From NCBI GenBank assembly GCA_035438705.1, contig DAORIV010000003.1:4699-68698 (forward strand): a stretch of DNA of 64,000 bases. The letters run 5' to 3'. This document shows, piece after piece, positions 52,901-61,463 of this stretch (position 1 is its first letter; each line of letters opens with the position of its first letter). The notes beneath the pieces are model-generated. The model did not search any database, was not told the DNA's origin, and worked only from the letters and a program-made list of their open reading frames with translations. Source of the stretch: Parcubacteria group bacterium. GTDB lineage: Bacteria > Patescibacteriota > Minisyncoccia > Phycocordibacterales > DATDWN01. Both the position numbers and the translations under genes were made by a program.

Positions 52901-53350
52901 GAAAGTATAATATGCATCTTTTTTATCAACCCAGTAACCTATTCTATCTGTAAATTTTTCCCAGTCGCCAATGTATTCAAACACACTGTCTTTACACTGC
53001 TTATTAAACTCTTCTACTCCATATTGTTCTATTTCTTTTTTAGATTTAAGACCAAGTTTTTTCTCAATCTGGAGCTCAACAGGAAGTCCATGTGTATCCC
53101 AACCTGCCTTTCTTCTCACGTTAAAACCTTGCATCGTTTTGAAACGAGGAATGATGTCTTTAAAAACCCTAGACTCTAAGTGGTGTAGAGCTGGTTTAGC
53201 ATTTGCAGTTGGAGGACCTTCATAGAAAACAAACTTACCTTTTGGAGCATCTTTTTCCAATGTTTTTTTAAACACTTCTTTTTCTTGCCAGAATTTTAAA
53301 ACTTCTTCTTCTTTGAGTGCTGTTTGTGATTTTTGTGTTTCTGGATTCAT
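49922..53350 (-). CDS. ileS: Isoleucyl-tRNA synthetase carrying an inserted histidine-phosphatase (phosphoglycerate-mutase-like) domain
   Basis: The IleRS core is recognisable: a HIGH-region, the CP1 editing domain (WTTTPWTLP), WGTPLPVW, DVWFDSGS and KMSKS. Between WGTPLPVW and DVWFDSGS lie ~240 extra residues with all four histidine-phosphatase motifs: LVRHGEGEHN, SSPFVRTTETA, DDRLGEHDLG and FVTHEHT. The total length is 1142 aa. Confidence 0.85.
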   Translation of the reverse strand: MNPETQKSQTALKEEEVLKFWQEKEVFKKTLEKDAPKGKFVFYEGPPTANAKPALHHLESRVFKDIIPRFKTMQGFNVRRKAGWDTHGLPVELQIEKKLGLKSKKEIEQYGVEEFNKQCKDSVFEYIGDWEKFTDRIGYWVDKKDAYYTFDTSYIESVWNIVKTVNDRGLLYKDYKVLPWCPRCGTALSSHELAQGYQDDKDLSVTAKFKIRGTENGYFLAWTTTPWTLPGNVGLAVGKDVVYVEVKIATENGSEILVLAKERLSVIQGEYEIIAEHKGSEMVGMEYEPLYPFLVQKFEEKDKESFAKAYKVYSADFVTTTDGTGIVHTAVMYGQDDFILGTQIGLPKFHLVKDDGNFLDGMDFLSNRFVKDEEVAVDIIKDLAHRGLLFKKEKYEHSYPHCWRCKTPLIYYARDSWYIAMSKLREELVKENENIVWEPSHIKEGRFGEWLREIKDWAISRERYWGTPLPVWQDSEGNIKVIGGLDDLKKYIKTNGNKYFLVRHGEGEHNVANILSCKKEDNFHLTEKGRKQVEESAKVLKEKGITKIISSPFVRTTETAEIIREVLGLTEDKLTFDDRLGEHDLGVMSGQSVDEYHKLIKTDEDIFDIRPEQGENLSDVKNRTGNLLYDVDKTNTNEVILFVTHEHTAWALESASRGYNRVETSLFGKDKEEFIRNAEVHEISFIPLPHNSEYEVDLHKPYIDGVELVDEKGSSLKRVREVMDVWFDSGSMPFAQDHFPWNKNELAYPADFISEAIDQTRGWFYTLHAIGILMGKGRAFKNVICLGHILDKDGKKMSKSVGNILDPWELMNKYGVDALRLWMYMVNQPGDSKNFDEKTVDEIVKKVFNPLLNIVAFYELYKDDKTLPHNKSQNVLDKWILSRLNELVEGGTKTLEKFQVFESARPIRDFVNDFSTWYVRRSRDRFKSENAEERNEALATTAFVLIELSKYMAPFTPFFAEEVYQKMKNPESKESVHLDFWPNGGDTDSSLIDSMSKVRENVTLALELRQKSGHKVRQPLNTLIIKESFSEELLSIIADEVNVKEVVVGDEVKLDTNLTPELIEEGVARDIIRAIQDARKTEKLNPSDVVNIVFCTDKQGIIYKHLEMIKSPTGVNDISYTEEKQKYNVPDIGGETTFSILR

Positions 53351-53351
53351 A

Positions 53352-53590
53352 AATTATTTCTTTGCAATTTATTATTCTTTTAAAATTAAAATCCGTCCTA
53401 ACCAAACAAATAAAATTTGTTTAGCAAGGACGGATTTCATTCCGTGGTACCACCTTGTTTTATCTGCCGATTAGGCAGAACTCTTACTGCTATAACGGGC
53501 TTACCCGTCAGGTTCTACTTTTCATGTATCAGATGAATTTCTTCCTGAAACTTGAGGTTGATTAGTCCTCTTTACGTTTGTAAAGATACT
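53352..53590 (-). promoter_or_regulatory. T-box riboswitch leader of ileS (candidate AUC specifier)
   Basis: On the minus strand AACAAGGUGGUACCACGG matches the conserved T-box sequence AAUUAGGGUGGUACCGCGG. It is followed by an 11-bp terminator hairpin (AAAUCCGUCCU...AGGACGGAUUU) plus a U-tract. Upstream hairpin loops contain UAAUCA. Confidence 0.55.
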
Positions 53591-53599
53591 ATAACATAT

Positions 53600-55276
53600 T
53601 TACATTTTTTCTGGAACTTTGATGCCAAGTAAATGTAGCCCCCCTATCATCCAATGCAAGAAAGTCCTTGTAATTGCCAAACGATATGGTGAAGTAACAT
53701 CATTTTCATCTATTATTTTTCCACTTGCATAGAAACTATTAAACTCTGCTGCAAGTTCTGTGAGGTAAGTGGTTATATAATGAGGAGCAAACTCTTTTCC
53801 AGATCTCTCTACCACATCAAAAAACCTATCCAACATTCTTTCTAGATTAGTAGTTTGCCAACCTTCTGGCTTATCTCCAGAAATCTCTACAATATCTTCA
53901 GCCTTTTTTAATATTGAATTCGCTCTAACAGCTGAATACTGAAGATATGGACCCGAATCACCATCAAATGAAATAGACTTATCAAAATCAAAAATAATAT
54001 CACCTCCTATTGCCTGTCGCAGTATAGTGTATTTTATAGCCCCAAGCCCTATTGTTTCAGCGATTACACCCCTTTCACTTTCTGGAATATCACCGTCTTT
54101 CATTTTTTCTAAAACTTTTTCAGTAACTTGATTAATCAAAGCAGTGGCTGTAATAACATTTCCTGTTCTTGAAGACATCTTTCCTTCTGGAAGCTTGAGC
54201 ATGCCATGAGAAATATGTTTTGTTTTTATAGCGAGTTCTGGGAAAACTAGCGACATAGCTTTAAGAAGAACTTTGAAATACTCATTTATCTCATTGCCAG
54301 TAATCACTATTGAAGTGTCATATTGATATGTATCGTATTTCAGTTTTGCCAAGCCAAGTTCTTTTGCTTCATATGTAGGCAAACCTTCTTTGTTTACAAA
54401 AACTCTAGTATGAAGTTTCTTGTCGTGATTTTCCCCTTTGAAAACAACAGCCCCGTCACTTTCTTCAAAAACTTCACCTACATTTTTCAAAACAGTCTCC
54501 TTTCCAAAATCTGCTACTTCACTTTCGAAAAAGTAGTGATCAAACTTAGTACCCAGAATTTTATACATTACTTCAAAATAAAGAAGTGATTTCTGTCTAC
54601 CAGTTTCATACAACTCATTTATTTCTTCATCCGAATGGTCGTATATCTTTTTATTTATTTCTATAATTTCTATTTTTGCCTCCTCATCTTCCTCGTATGC
54701 TTTATGTCCCTCAGCATATGCCTGCATCAAGTCTGTACCTTTTTTCATAGCCCAAACAGCTTTGGCGACATGAAGACCAACATCTCCTTGATAGTTTGCC
54801 CTTTGTATTTCAGCACCATTTTTCTCAAGTATTCGTGAAATAGATTCACCAATAACATTTGGCATAAGGTGTCCAATATGAAACTCCTTGAATGGATTAG
54901 GATCTGTATACTCTATAATTATTTTTTGACCAGAAAATATTAAATTTTCAGTTTTTCCATTTTTAAGTTCTTGCAATCTTTTTGCATAATAGTCTGGTGT
55001 TAAAAAGAAATTTAAAAACCCTGGTTTAGCCACTTCAATTTTTAAAATATTCTCCAGTTCTTTTGCTCTTATTTTGTCCTTACTTTCTAATTCTTTTTTG
55101 ATTTCTTCTGCTAAATCAACTGGATTTTTCCCTAATTCTTTTGCATGAACCATAGCAACTGAAGTAGTATAATCCCCTTTATCCAAATACACCGAAGAAA
55201 CAACGGACACATTCAAATCCTTTGCTCCAAGATCAATTAATATTTTTTCTATTTCTTTTTGTAATATTTCTTTCAT
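53600..55276 (-). CDS. argS: Arginyl-tRNA synthetase
   Basis: A class I HIGH-type motif (EFHIGHLM) and the characteristic ArgRS C-terminal DALR-like anticodon-binding domain. Confidence 0.85.
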   Translation of the reverse strand: MKEILQKEIEKILIDLGAKDLNVSVVSSVYLDKGDYTTSVAMVHAKELGKNPVDLAEEIKKELESKDKIRAKELENILKIEVAKPGFLNFFLTPDYYAKRLQELKNGKTENLIFSGQKIIIEYTDPNPFKEFHIGHLMPNVIGESISRILEKNGAEIQRANYQGDVGLHVAKAVWAMKKGTDLMQAYAEGHKAYEEDEEAKIEIIEINKKIYDHSDEEINELYETGRQKSLLYFEVMYKILGTKFDHYFFESEVADFGKETVLKNVGEVFEESDGAVVFKGENHDKKLHTRVFVNKEGLPTYEAKELGLAKLKYDTYQYDTSIVITGNEINEYFKVLLKAMSLVFPELAIKTKHISHGMLKLPEGKMSSRTGNVITATALINQVTEKVLEKMKDGDIPESERGVIAETIGLGAIKYTILRQAIGGDIIFDFDKSISFDGDSGPYLQYSAVRANSILKKAEDIVEISGDKPEGWQTTNLERMLDRFFDVVERSGKEFAPHYITTYLTELAAEFNSFYASGKIIDENDVTSPYRLAITRTFLHWMIGGLHLLGIKVPEKM

Positions 55277-55608
55277 TATCTATTGTCTCCAATACCCTTA
55301 ATAACTCCTCTTTTGTTTCTAGATGCTAATTTTTCAATATTTGCCTTAGCTATATCATCAAAATTATAACCTAAATCTTTTGCTAAAACTGATAAATACC
55401 ACAATACATCACCTAGTTCAAACTTCAAAGCTTCCTTCCTCTCTTTTGTCATCTTTTCAGTTCCATCATCACCCCTAAGCCATTTCTTAATTTTACCTAT
55501 AACTTCCCCAGTCTCATCAGCCAATCCTAATGCAGGATAAACCACCTTATATTGTTTTGGATATTTTGCTGTTTTTAAAGCATTTTTCTGATATTCATTG
55601 AATTGCAT
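55276..55608 (-). CDS. MazG-like nucleoside triphosphate pyrophosphohydrolase
   Basis: YQKNALKTA...GLADETGEV...ELGDVLWYL matches the all-alpha NTP-PPase (MazG) motifs. The likely start is the internal Met MQFNEYQ. Confidence 0.65.
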   Translation of the reverse strand: MQFNEYQKNALKTAKYPKQYKVVYPALGLADETGEVIGKIKKWLRGDDGTEKMTKERKEALKFELGDVLWYLSVLAKDLGYNFDDIAKANIEKLASRNKRGVIKGIGDNR

Positions 55609-55681
55609 ATGCAAATAATAACATTGACCTCTTTGTTTATAAAGCGAAGCGCGGTGGTAATCATACCACCGCGCAAAAGAG

Positions 55682-56284
55682 TTAGTTATCAAGAGCATGG
55701 CCAAGTGCCACCAATGCTACTGAAATCATTCTCTCTTCAGGAACATCGGCATCAACCTGAATAGAAACAATTCCTTCTCTCGAAAAGAACTTATCGTAGA
55801 AAACACGAGTCATTCGTCTGTCTTCTTCACTTCTACGATCAAAATGGTTTTCACCTCCACGTGCTTTTAATCTACGAGTTGCTTCTGCTGGTGAAACCTT
55901 GAAATCAAGATAGATACAAGGAACACCTCTAAGACAGACTTCTCTTGTGTGCCAGAAAAGTTCCTCGAGGTCTGGGTTTTTCCCGATTTGATATGCATAA
56001 GTTGAAGCATCAAATCTATCTGAGATAACTACTTGACCCGCAGTAATTGCTGGTCGAATAATTTTCGCTACATTCTCTGCGCGAGAGGCCCAGAAAAGAT
56101 TGAACATAGTCAGAGGATCTGCTTGTTCTGCATCGTCTGACAAAACCAGCTCTCTAACTTTCTGACTCAACCCCAAACCACCAGGTTCACGAGAAAAAAT
56201 AAAGTCAGGTCTTGCTGACTTAAGATGGTTTATGAAGGTAGTTTTACCACAACCATCCAATCCTTCAAGGAATACTGCTTTCAT
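55682..56284 (-). CDS. tmk: Thymidylate kinase
   Basis: It has the P-loop LEGLDGCGKTT, a DR motif and a lid region. GC is about 43%, clearly above host level. A strong SD (GGAGG) precedes it. Confidence 0.85.
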   Translation of the reverse strand: MKAVFLEGLDGCGKTTFINHLKSARPDFIFSREPGGLGLSQKVRELVLSDDAEQADPLTMFNLFWASRAENVAKIIRPAITAGQVVISDRFDASTYAYQIGKNPDLEELFWHTREVCLRGVPCIYLDFKVSPAEATRRLKARGGENHFDRRSEEDRRMTRVFYDKFFSREGIVSIQVDADVPEERMISVALVALGHALDN

Positions 56285-56413
56285 ACGAAACCTCCAGTAA
56301 AAAGAATATCACTTAGTAAATAAATTGTAAGATTGACCTACACCTAGATAAAAGGTAGAAATATACCAGAACTTTGTGTGGATTCCTCCACCAAAAACAA
56401 GGAGCTCTTTTAC

Positions 56414-57235
56414 ATGAGTAATGTAGACATTAAGATTTTCAACATCGCAAGAACTGAAGTTGATCGAGAAGAAGTTCGAAGGTGGCTCGACCATGTTGGA
56501 GCAAATGGATACGAAATCCCAGATGAAGCAACTGCTTCGAGTCCAGCCCTCCTCATCGCTCTGGCAGCCAAGCGCTGCTATATGAGCTTTGAGCCTGGTC
56601 TCAATCCCAATGTGACAAAAGTCCGAAGGGATATGGTCGCGTACTTCGACAACATCCTGTTGTCGCGACATGGATCAGTCCTCGAACACGCAGTTTACTC
56701 GTTTGCAATCGAAGGGATCAGCCGAGTTTTCACTGCTGAGATGAACCGCCATCGAGCTGGCTGGGCAATCTCGGAAGGAAGTCTCCGCTACATTCGTTTC
56801 GACAAGGATATCCCTTGGTGGTTGCCGACATCACTGCAACCCAATGAAAAAGACGACCCGGATCTCGCTCTGAGAAAAGCGAGGTCGGTTGAAATCTTCC
56901 GTCGTGCATTTGGTCACCAGGAAGAATGTTACGCTGAACTCTTGCAAGTCTGGGACATGGATGCCAGTCACCACAACTTCCACTACAAAAAAGTTGTGAC
57001 TTCATGCCTGCGAAGAATTGTGGGGCTTGGTGTTGCAACAGGAGGTGTTTGGACTGGAAACATGCGTGCACTCAGACACGTCATTGCCATGCGTGCAACT
57101 GAAGCAGCAGAAGAAGAGATCTTCTATGTGTTCGACCAGATCGCAAGGATGATGGTTGCAAAAGAACCTCTCATCTTTAACGACTTCAAGACCGACGAAA
57201 ACGGTTTCTGGACTCCCGAACACTGGAAGGTGTAA
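56414..57235 (+). CDS. thyX: FAD-dependent thymidylate synthase ThyX
   Basis: It carries the ThyX signature RHRAGWAISEGSLRY (RHR..S..S.RY). GC is about 50%. An SD (AAGGAG) lies upstream of the ATG at 56414; the ORF track starts 36 nt earlier. Confidence 0.75.
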   Translation: MSNVDIKIFNIARTEVDREEVRRWLDHVGANGYEIPDEATASSPALLIALAAKRCYMSFEPGLNPNVTKVRRDMVAYFDNILLSRHGSVLEHAVYSFAIEGISRVFTAEMNRHRAGWAISEGSLRYIRFDKDIPWWLPTSLQPNEKDDPDLALRKARSVEIFRRAFGHQEECYAELLQVWDMDASHHNFHYKKVVTSCLRRIVGLGVATGGVWTGNMRALRHVIAMRATEAAEEEIFYVFDQIARMMVAKEPLIFNDFKTDENGFWTPEHWKV

Positions 57236-57239
57236 CAAG

Positions 57240-57284
57240 AAAAACCCGCGTGCAGTCATTGACTGCTCGCGGGTTCGTTTTTTA
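57240..57284. terminator. GC-rich bidirectional terminator shared by the convergent thyX and dcd genes
   Basis: AAAAACCCGCGTGCAGTCATTGACTGCTCGCGGGTTCGTTTTTTATT: a long near-perfect hairpin with an A-tract before it and a T-tract after it. Confidence 0.5.
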
Positions 57285-58385
57285 TTCCCATTCCTTGAAT
57301 TGTTTACCGAGTTTTGGACCATTCTGACGTCCATACGTCGGAGACTTTTCATCGTAATGAGCATCCGGAACACCAAAGACTTTTTCATAGCGAACTTTTG
57401 CTATGGGCTGTCCATCTTGAATGATGATTCCGTTATCGAAAGAACGAACTTCCAAAGTCAGGGTGCGACCAAAAGTGCTAACCTGTTGAGTTACTCCCCA
57501 ACCCGGATCGATGAATCCTGCATAATGAGAACGCAAGTCCCCACTACGCTCGTCCATCGGCACCATCTCACAAGTGAGATGTGGTGGAACTACCACATGT
57601 TCCTTTGTTGAAAGGATGTAGAAAGTACCAGTATTAAGTGTGAGTGACCTGTTGAAAACAGTGATGGGCCTGAAGTAATACTTCGGATCATAGTGACTCC
57701 GAAGAGAAAGATCAATCGGATCCCCTCCCTCAATCGCTTCAAAACCAGGATTTTGAAATCCAAGTCCAAGCGAAAGAAGAATTGATCCGTCTCTATCTGA
57801 ATGTCTTTGATCTTCGTATTTGGCTTGTTCTCCGTCACAATCAAAGATCAAACCATTGAAGTTCATTCGCAAATCCCATTCATCAAAACGGGTATCTGCT
57901 GTGAAAAACCTGATTTGATTCAAAGACAAACCCGGAGAAACAATCACTGGAAAAGTCTTAGGAACCACAAGAATCCAGAGGTTTCCAGAGTACGCCTGCT
58001 CTACTGCATCGTAACGAGAACAGCTATCCACAAGCAAACGCACATGCATATCGACCCGACCACTTGAAGACTTCGGATTACAATATGCATACACACCTTC
58101 AGGCAACTTTGAAACGGCCTCATTTAGTGGCAGAACATAACAGCAACCTCTTTCAAGGAGAATCTTTTCTCCTGTTAGTTTGGTACTCCCAACACGTCTC
58201 AATGCACTGAAAACTGATTCACCAATTGCAGGAAGAAAAGCTCCCCGTACACGAAACACTTCACCTGTTACGGTGAGATCCAAGGAGCTAGGCCGAACAC
58301 TGTCGATGTTTGTTACACCACTCAAGAATCCACTATTAATCAGATACTGAATCTTGTGATCAGGTAATGCTCCACCTTGTCTCAT
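57282..58385 (-). CDS. dcd: dCTP deaminase-like protein, long (~360 aa) form of the Dcd/dUTPase beta-clamshell family
   Basis: Its N-terminus aligns with E. coli Dcd (HKIQYLINSGFLSGVTNIDSVRPSSLDLTV versus RDIEAWLDEGRLSINP..VDVRL) and it has the FIDPGWG motif. GC is about 45-50%. Confidence 0.6.
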   Translation of the reverse strand: MRQGGALPDHKIQYLINSGFLSGVTNIDSVRPSSLDLTVTGEVFRVRGAFLPAIGESVFSALRRVGSTKLTGEKILLERGCCYVLPLNEAVSKLPEGVYAYCNPKSSSGRVDMHVRLLVDSCSRYDAVEQAYSGNLWILVVPKTFPVIVSPGLSLNQIRFFTADTRFDEWDLRMNFNGLIFDCDGEQAKYEDQRHSDRDGSILLSLGLGFQNPGFEAIEGGDPIDLSLRSHYDPKYYFRPITVFNRSLTLNTGTFYILSTKEHVVVPPHLTCEMVPMDERSGDLRSHYAGFIDPGWGVTQQVSTFGRTLTLEVRSFDNGIIIQDGQPIAKVRYEKVFGVPDAHYDEKSPTYGRQNGPKLGKQFKEWE

Positions 58386-58435
58386 GAACCCTCCTAAAAG
58401 TTTCTCGTGCTACTCTAACATAAGCATTATCAATA

Positions 58436-58470
58436 AAAAAGACCATCAAATGATGGTCTTTTTTTATTAT
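58436..58470 (-). terminator. Rho-independent terminator after rplK
   Basis: AAAAAAGACCATCAAATGATGGTCTTTTTTTATT. Confidence 0.5.
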
Positions 58471-58492
58471 TTTAAAATTTATTTATATTCTC

Positions 58493-58915
58493 TTATTTCA
58501 CATCCACGCCCATACTTCTAGCTGAACCTGCGATAATCTTCATCGCTGCCTCAACATCGTTAGCGTTAAGATCTGCCATTTTCTTTTCTGCGATTTCTTG
58601 AAGTTGAGCTTTTGAAAGAGTTCCTACTTTTGAAACTGCATTTTTACCTGATCCTTTTTCTTTTCCGATAGCTTTTAGAATAAGAGCTGATGCTGGAGAA
58701 GTTTTAAGTACGAAAGTGAAAGTTCTATCTTCATAAACAGACACTTCTACAGGCACAGTTTCACCGATCATTTTCTGTGTAGCATCGTTGAATTGCTTTA
58801 CAAATTCACCAATATTAACACCCGCCTGTCCAAGTGCTGGTCCCAAAGGTGGAGCTGGTGTAGCTTTACCTCCTATCGCCAAAAGCTTTAGTTTTTTTGT
58901 TACTTTTTTTGCCAT
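58493..58915 (-). CDS. rplK: 50S ribosomal protein L11
   Basis: The conserved N-terminal domain reads [28 protein letters not shown]. Confidence 0.95.
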   Translation of the reverse strand: MAKKVTKKLKLLAIGGKATPAPPLGPALGQAGVNIGEFVKQFNDATQKMIGETVPVEVSVYEDRTFTFVLKTSPASALILKAIGKEKGSGKNAVSKVGTLSKAQLQEIAEKKMADLNANDVEAAMKIIAGSARSMGVDVK

Positions 58916-59085
58916 AATTTTAGTTCAAATACATTACTATAAATACCCTATTTTTGCAAACTTCATAAAGTTTCAAATTCAGATGAAATCCGAGGCAGAC
59001 AAGGAATTTTATTGGAGCCGTACAAATAGTACGGTGACAATCAAATTGCCGAAGTCCAACAAAGGAGTTAGCTGAATTTGAGACT

Positions 59086-59631
59086 TTATATCTTTTTTAC
59101 TTGTAAGAAATCTAGTTCAACCGGTGTCTCTCTTCCAAACATAGCAACTAGTACCTTCACCTTACCTCTCTCCTCATCAACCTCGTTTACTTTTCCATCC
59201 AAATCCTTAAATGGTCCGTCTACAATAGAAACAGTGTCATTAATAGACAAATCTATCTTATGTTTAACATTTCCTGAATCCATTCTCTTAAACAAATCAT
59301 CTATCTCTTTTTTATCAATTGGAACTGGGTAAACACCAGAACCTACGAATCCAGTAACTCTAGGAGTGTTTCTTACTACGAACCATGAATCTTCTGTAAC
59401 AATCATGTCTACCAATATGTAACCAGGGTAAATTTTTTCTTCCTCCTCAACCCTCTTTCCACCTTTAATTTTTATCTTTTTTTCAGTAGGAACGATAACA
59501 TTAAAAATCTTATCTTCCATTCCTAAAGATTCAATACGCTGTTTTAGATTTCTCATCACAGCATTTTCATATCCTGCATATGTGTGAACCACATACCAGT
59601 TTCTTGTGTTATCTAATTGTTGTTTTGCCAT
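59086..59631 (-). CDS. nusG: Transcription antitermination factor NusG
   Basis: It has an NGN domain (WYVVHTYAGYENAV) and a KOW domain (VDGPFKDLDGKVNEVD). Confidence 0.95.
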   Translation of the reverse strand: MAKQQLDNTRNWYVVHTYAGYENAVMRNLKQRIESLGMEDKIFNVIVPTEKKIKIKGGKRVEEEEKIYPGYILVDMIVTEDSWFVVRNTPRVTGFVGSGVYPVPIDKKEIDDLFKRMDSGNVKHKIDLSINDTVSIVDGPFKDLDGKVNEVDEERGKVKVLVAMFGRETPVELDFLQVKKI

Positions 59632-59644
59632 ATGATTTTGAGTA

Positions 59645-59824
59645 TTAGATTACAAATTTCTCAATTACCATTTTAAATAGATAATCAAAAAAACCAAGAA
59701 GAAATGATACAAAAACAGATATTAGAACCACAACAATTGTAAAAGCTATAGTTTGATTTCTTGTGGGCCAAGAAACGTGTTTAAGCTCTCCTTGTGTATC
59801 TTTAAAGTATGTTATTAATGACAT
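59645..59824 (-). CDS. secE: Preprotein translocase subunit SecE (59 aa)
   Basis: Hand translation gives MSLITYFKDTQGELKHVSWPTRNQTIAFTIVVVLISVFVSFLLGFFDYLFKMVIEKFVI, with a single TM helix. It sits 13 nt upstream of nusG, the canonical secE-nusG-rplK order. Confidence 0.7.
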   Translation of the reverse strand: MSLITYFKDTQGELKHVSWPTRNQTIAFTIVVVLISVFVSFLLGFFDYLFKMVIEKFVI

Positions 59825-59974
59825 GATATTTTTTTAGTTTTTAGAAAGTTCATAATTTAATTAATATCAAGGCGGAAGAAAAATTTAATTGGTGACGTAT
59901 TAATATACGATGACAAATAAATTTTGAATTCCAACACAGATAGTGATTAAATTTTGAGCTCTCTGGTAGTAAAA

Positions 59975-59995
59975 AACCCCTCGGGGGGTTAATTA
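59975..59995 (-). terminator. Short GC hairpin terminator after the SIMPL gene
   Basis: AAAAAACCCCTCGGGGGGTT. Confidence 0.35.
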
Positions 59996-60028
59996 CTATA
60001 CTACTTTATTTACCCCACTTAGTCAATC

Positions 60029-60853
60029 CTATTTAACCTCGTAAGTAATTGTTACATTACTTACAATCTTATTTTCTCCAGTAGGTAATGAAGGTGCAAC
60101 TGAAGCACTTCCTGCCATATTCATAACCTTAGCATCTGCTGACATTTCTGATCTATACATTATTGGATAAGCTCCATCTCCATTTTCATAGAAATTTACA
60201 ATAGTATCAAGCCTTACTCCTAATGTTTTTGAAAGTATTTTTGCTTTAGCTTTAGCATCTGCTACAGCTTTTTCTCTAGCTTCGGCCTTAACTTTTTCTA
60301 AATCGTCAACCACAAAATCTAGTCCTGAAATATTTCCTGCACCCAATTCACCCACTTTAGTTAGAGCTTCCCCAGCTTTTTCAGTATCTCTTACTTTTAC
60401 AGTAACAGATTGATTTACCTCATAACCAGTAAGAACTTGTTTACCTGGAGGACAGTAGTTCATAGAACAAGCACCTTGAGTATATTCATATTTTGGATAT
60501 GAATTATAACTTGTAGTTTTAATATCTTTCTTATCAACACCCAAAGCCTCAACTGCTTCAAGAATTGAGTTAATCTTTTTGGTTGCTTTATCTTGAGCAT
60601 CCTTAACTGTTTTACCCTCTTCCACAACTGAGAAAGAAAAAGATGCAACATCTGGAACAGCCAAAACCTCTCCTGTACCATTTACAGATATTACATTTGA
60701 AGGATAAACCCCCTTACCTATATATGAAAGTTCTTTCAATGATGAAAGCGCTTTTATACCAAGGAAAACAGCTAGTAATACGAACATAGCAAGAACTGCA
60801 TTGAAAAGTCTTTTTTTTGATACAGCATCTAAACTATTTAAGAAATCATTCAT
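60029..60853 (-). CDS. SIMPL-domain protein (DUF541/YggE/BP26-like)
   Basis: A 274-aa ORF with an N-terminal TM/signal anchor and the typical SIMPL two-lobed sequence. Confidence 0.7.
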   Translation of the reverse strand: MNDFLNSLDAVSKKRLFNAVLAMFVLLAVFLGIKALSSLKELSYIGKGVYPSNVISVNGTGEVLAVPDVASFSFSVVEEGKTVKDAQDKATKKINSILEAVEALGVDKKDIKTTSYNSYPKYEYTQGACSMNYCPPGKQVLTGYEVNQSVTVKVRDTEKAGEALTKVGELGAGNISGLDFVVDDLEKVKAEAREKAVADAKAKAKILSKTLGVRLDTIVNFYENGDGAYPIMYRSEMSADAKVMNMAGSASVAPSLPTGENKIVSNVTITYEVK

Positions 60854-60908
60854 AATTTTATGTTAACTAATAATTTACAATTTGTATGACTATTCTAACA
60901 CGAATATA

Positions 60909-61463
60909 TTACAAACTAAGGTGGTGTTTTTTAAAAATGTTGATAGAAATATGACACACAAAACCCCCGAGCAAAATACCGAAAATCACATCTGTTAACC
61001 AGTGCACCCCGAGATAAATTCTCGAAAATGAAACAAGGATTACCATTAATATGGATACCGAATACAATATTCGTTTATAATTGCCATCCAATTTTTCTTT
61101 AAACGAATAGTATAGACTTATAAAAAATACTGTAGACATAGTTGCGTGATAACTTGGGAAACTACCTCCAAAAGCATACACCAGCCCCTCGACAGGACGA
61201 GTTGTATTGAAAACACTTTTTAGTAAATAAACCAAAACCATGGTTACTAATATATTTGTGAGAAAAAATATAGAGTAATTCTTCCCTCTTATTTTATGTA
61301 CAAAATAAATCACCACCATCGTCATAAGGAAAAAGAAAACAGAAACATCAAACATACTAGTAATAAAATAAAAGATACCATTAAATTCGGACGTCCTAGA
61401 TGATATTAAGTAGTCTTGTACAAATAAATCTAGCTTGTTCATTTTATTTTTCCCATCTAGCAA
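60909..61463 (-). CDS. PAP2-family phosphatase (undecaprenyl-diphosphatase/PgpB-like)
   Basis: It has the three PAP2 motifs: KSVFNTTRP, PSYHAT and SRIYLGVHWLTD. Confidence 0.8.
   Translation of the reverse strand: MLDGKNKMNKLDLFVQDYLISSRTSEFNGIFYFITSMFDVSVFFFLMTMVVIYFVHKIRGKNYSIFFLTNILVTMVLVYLLKSVFNTTRPVEGLVYAFGGSFPSYHATMSTVFFISLYYSFKEKLDGNYKRILYSVSILMVILVSFSRIYLGVHWLTDVIFGILLGGFVCHISINIFKKHHLSL

Noticed and set aside
50181-53225. Multiple 60-160-aa plus-strand ORFs across ileS
   Set aside because: They are antisense to the ileS CDS, which has clear class I aaRS motifs throughout.
56309-57388. Minus-strand ORFs 56309..56671, 56730..57071 and 57002..57388 overlapping thyX
   Set aside because: They are antisense ORFs in a GC-rich gene. 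The ThyX RHR..S..RY signature and SD support the plus-strand reading.
57156-58067. Plus-strand ORFs 57156..57611, 57590..57844 and 57801..58067 overlapping dcd
   Set aside because: They are antisense to the dCTP-deaminase-like CDS, which aligns with E. coli Dcd.
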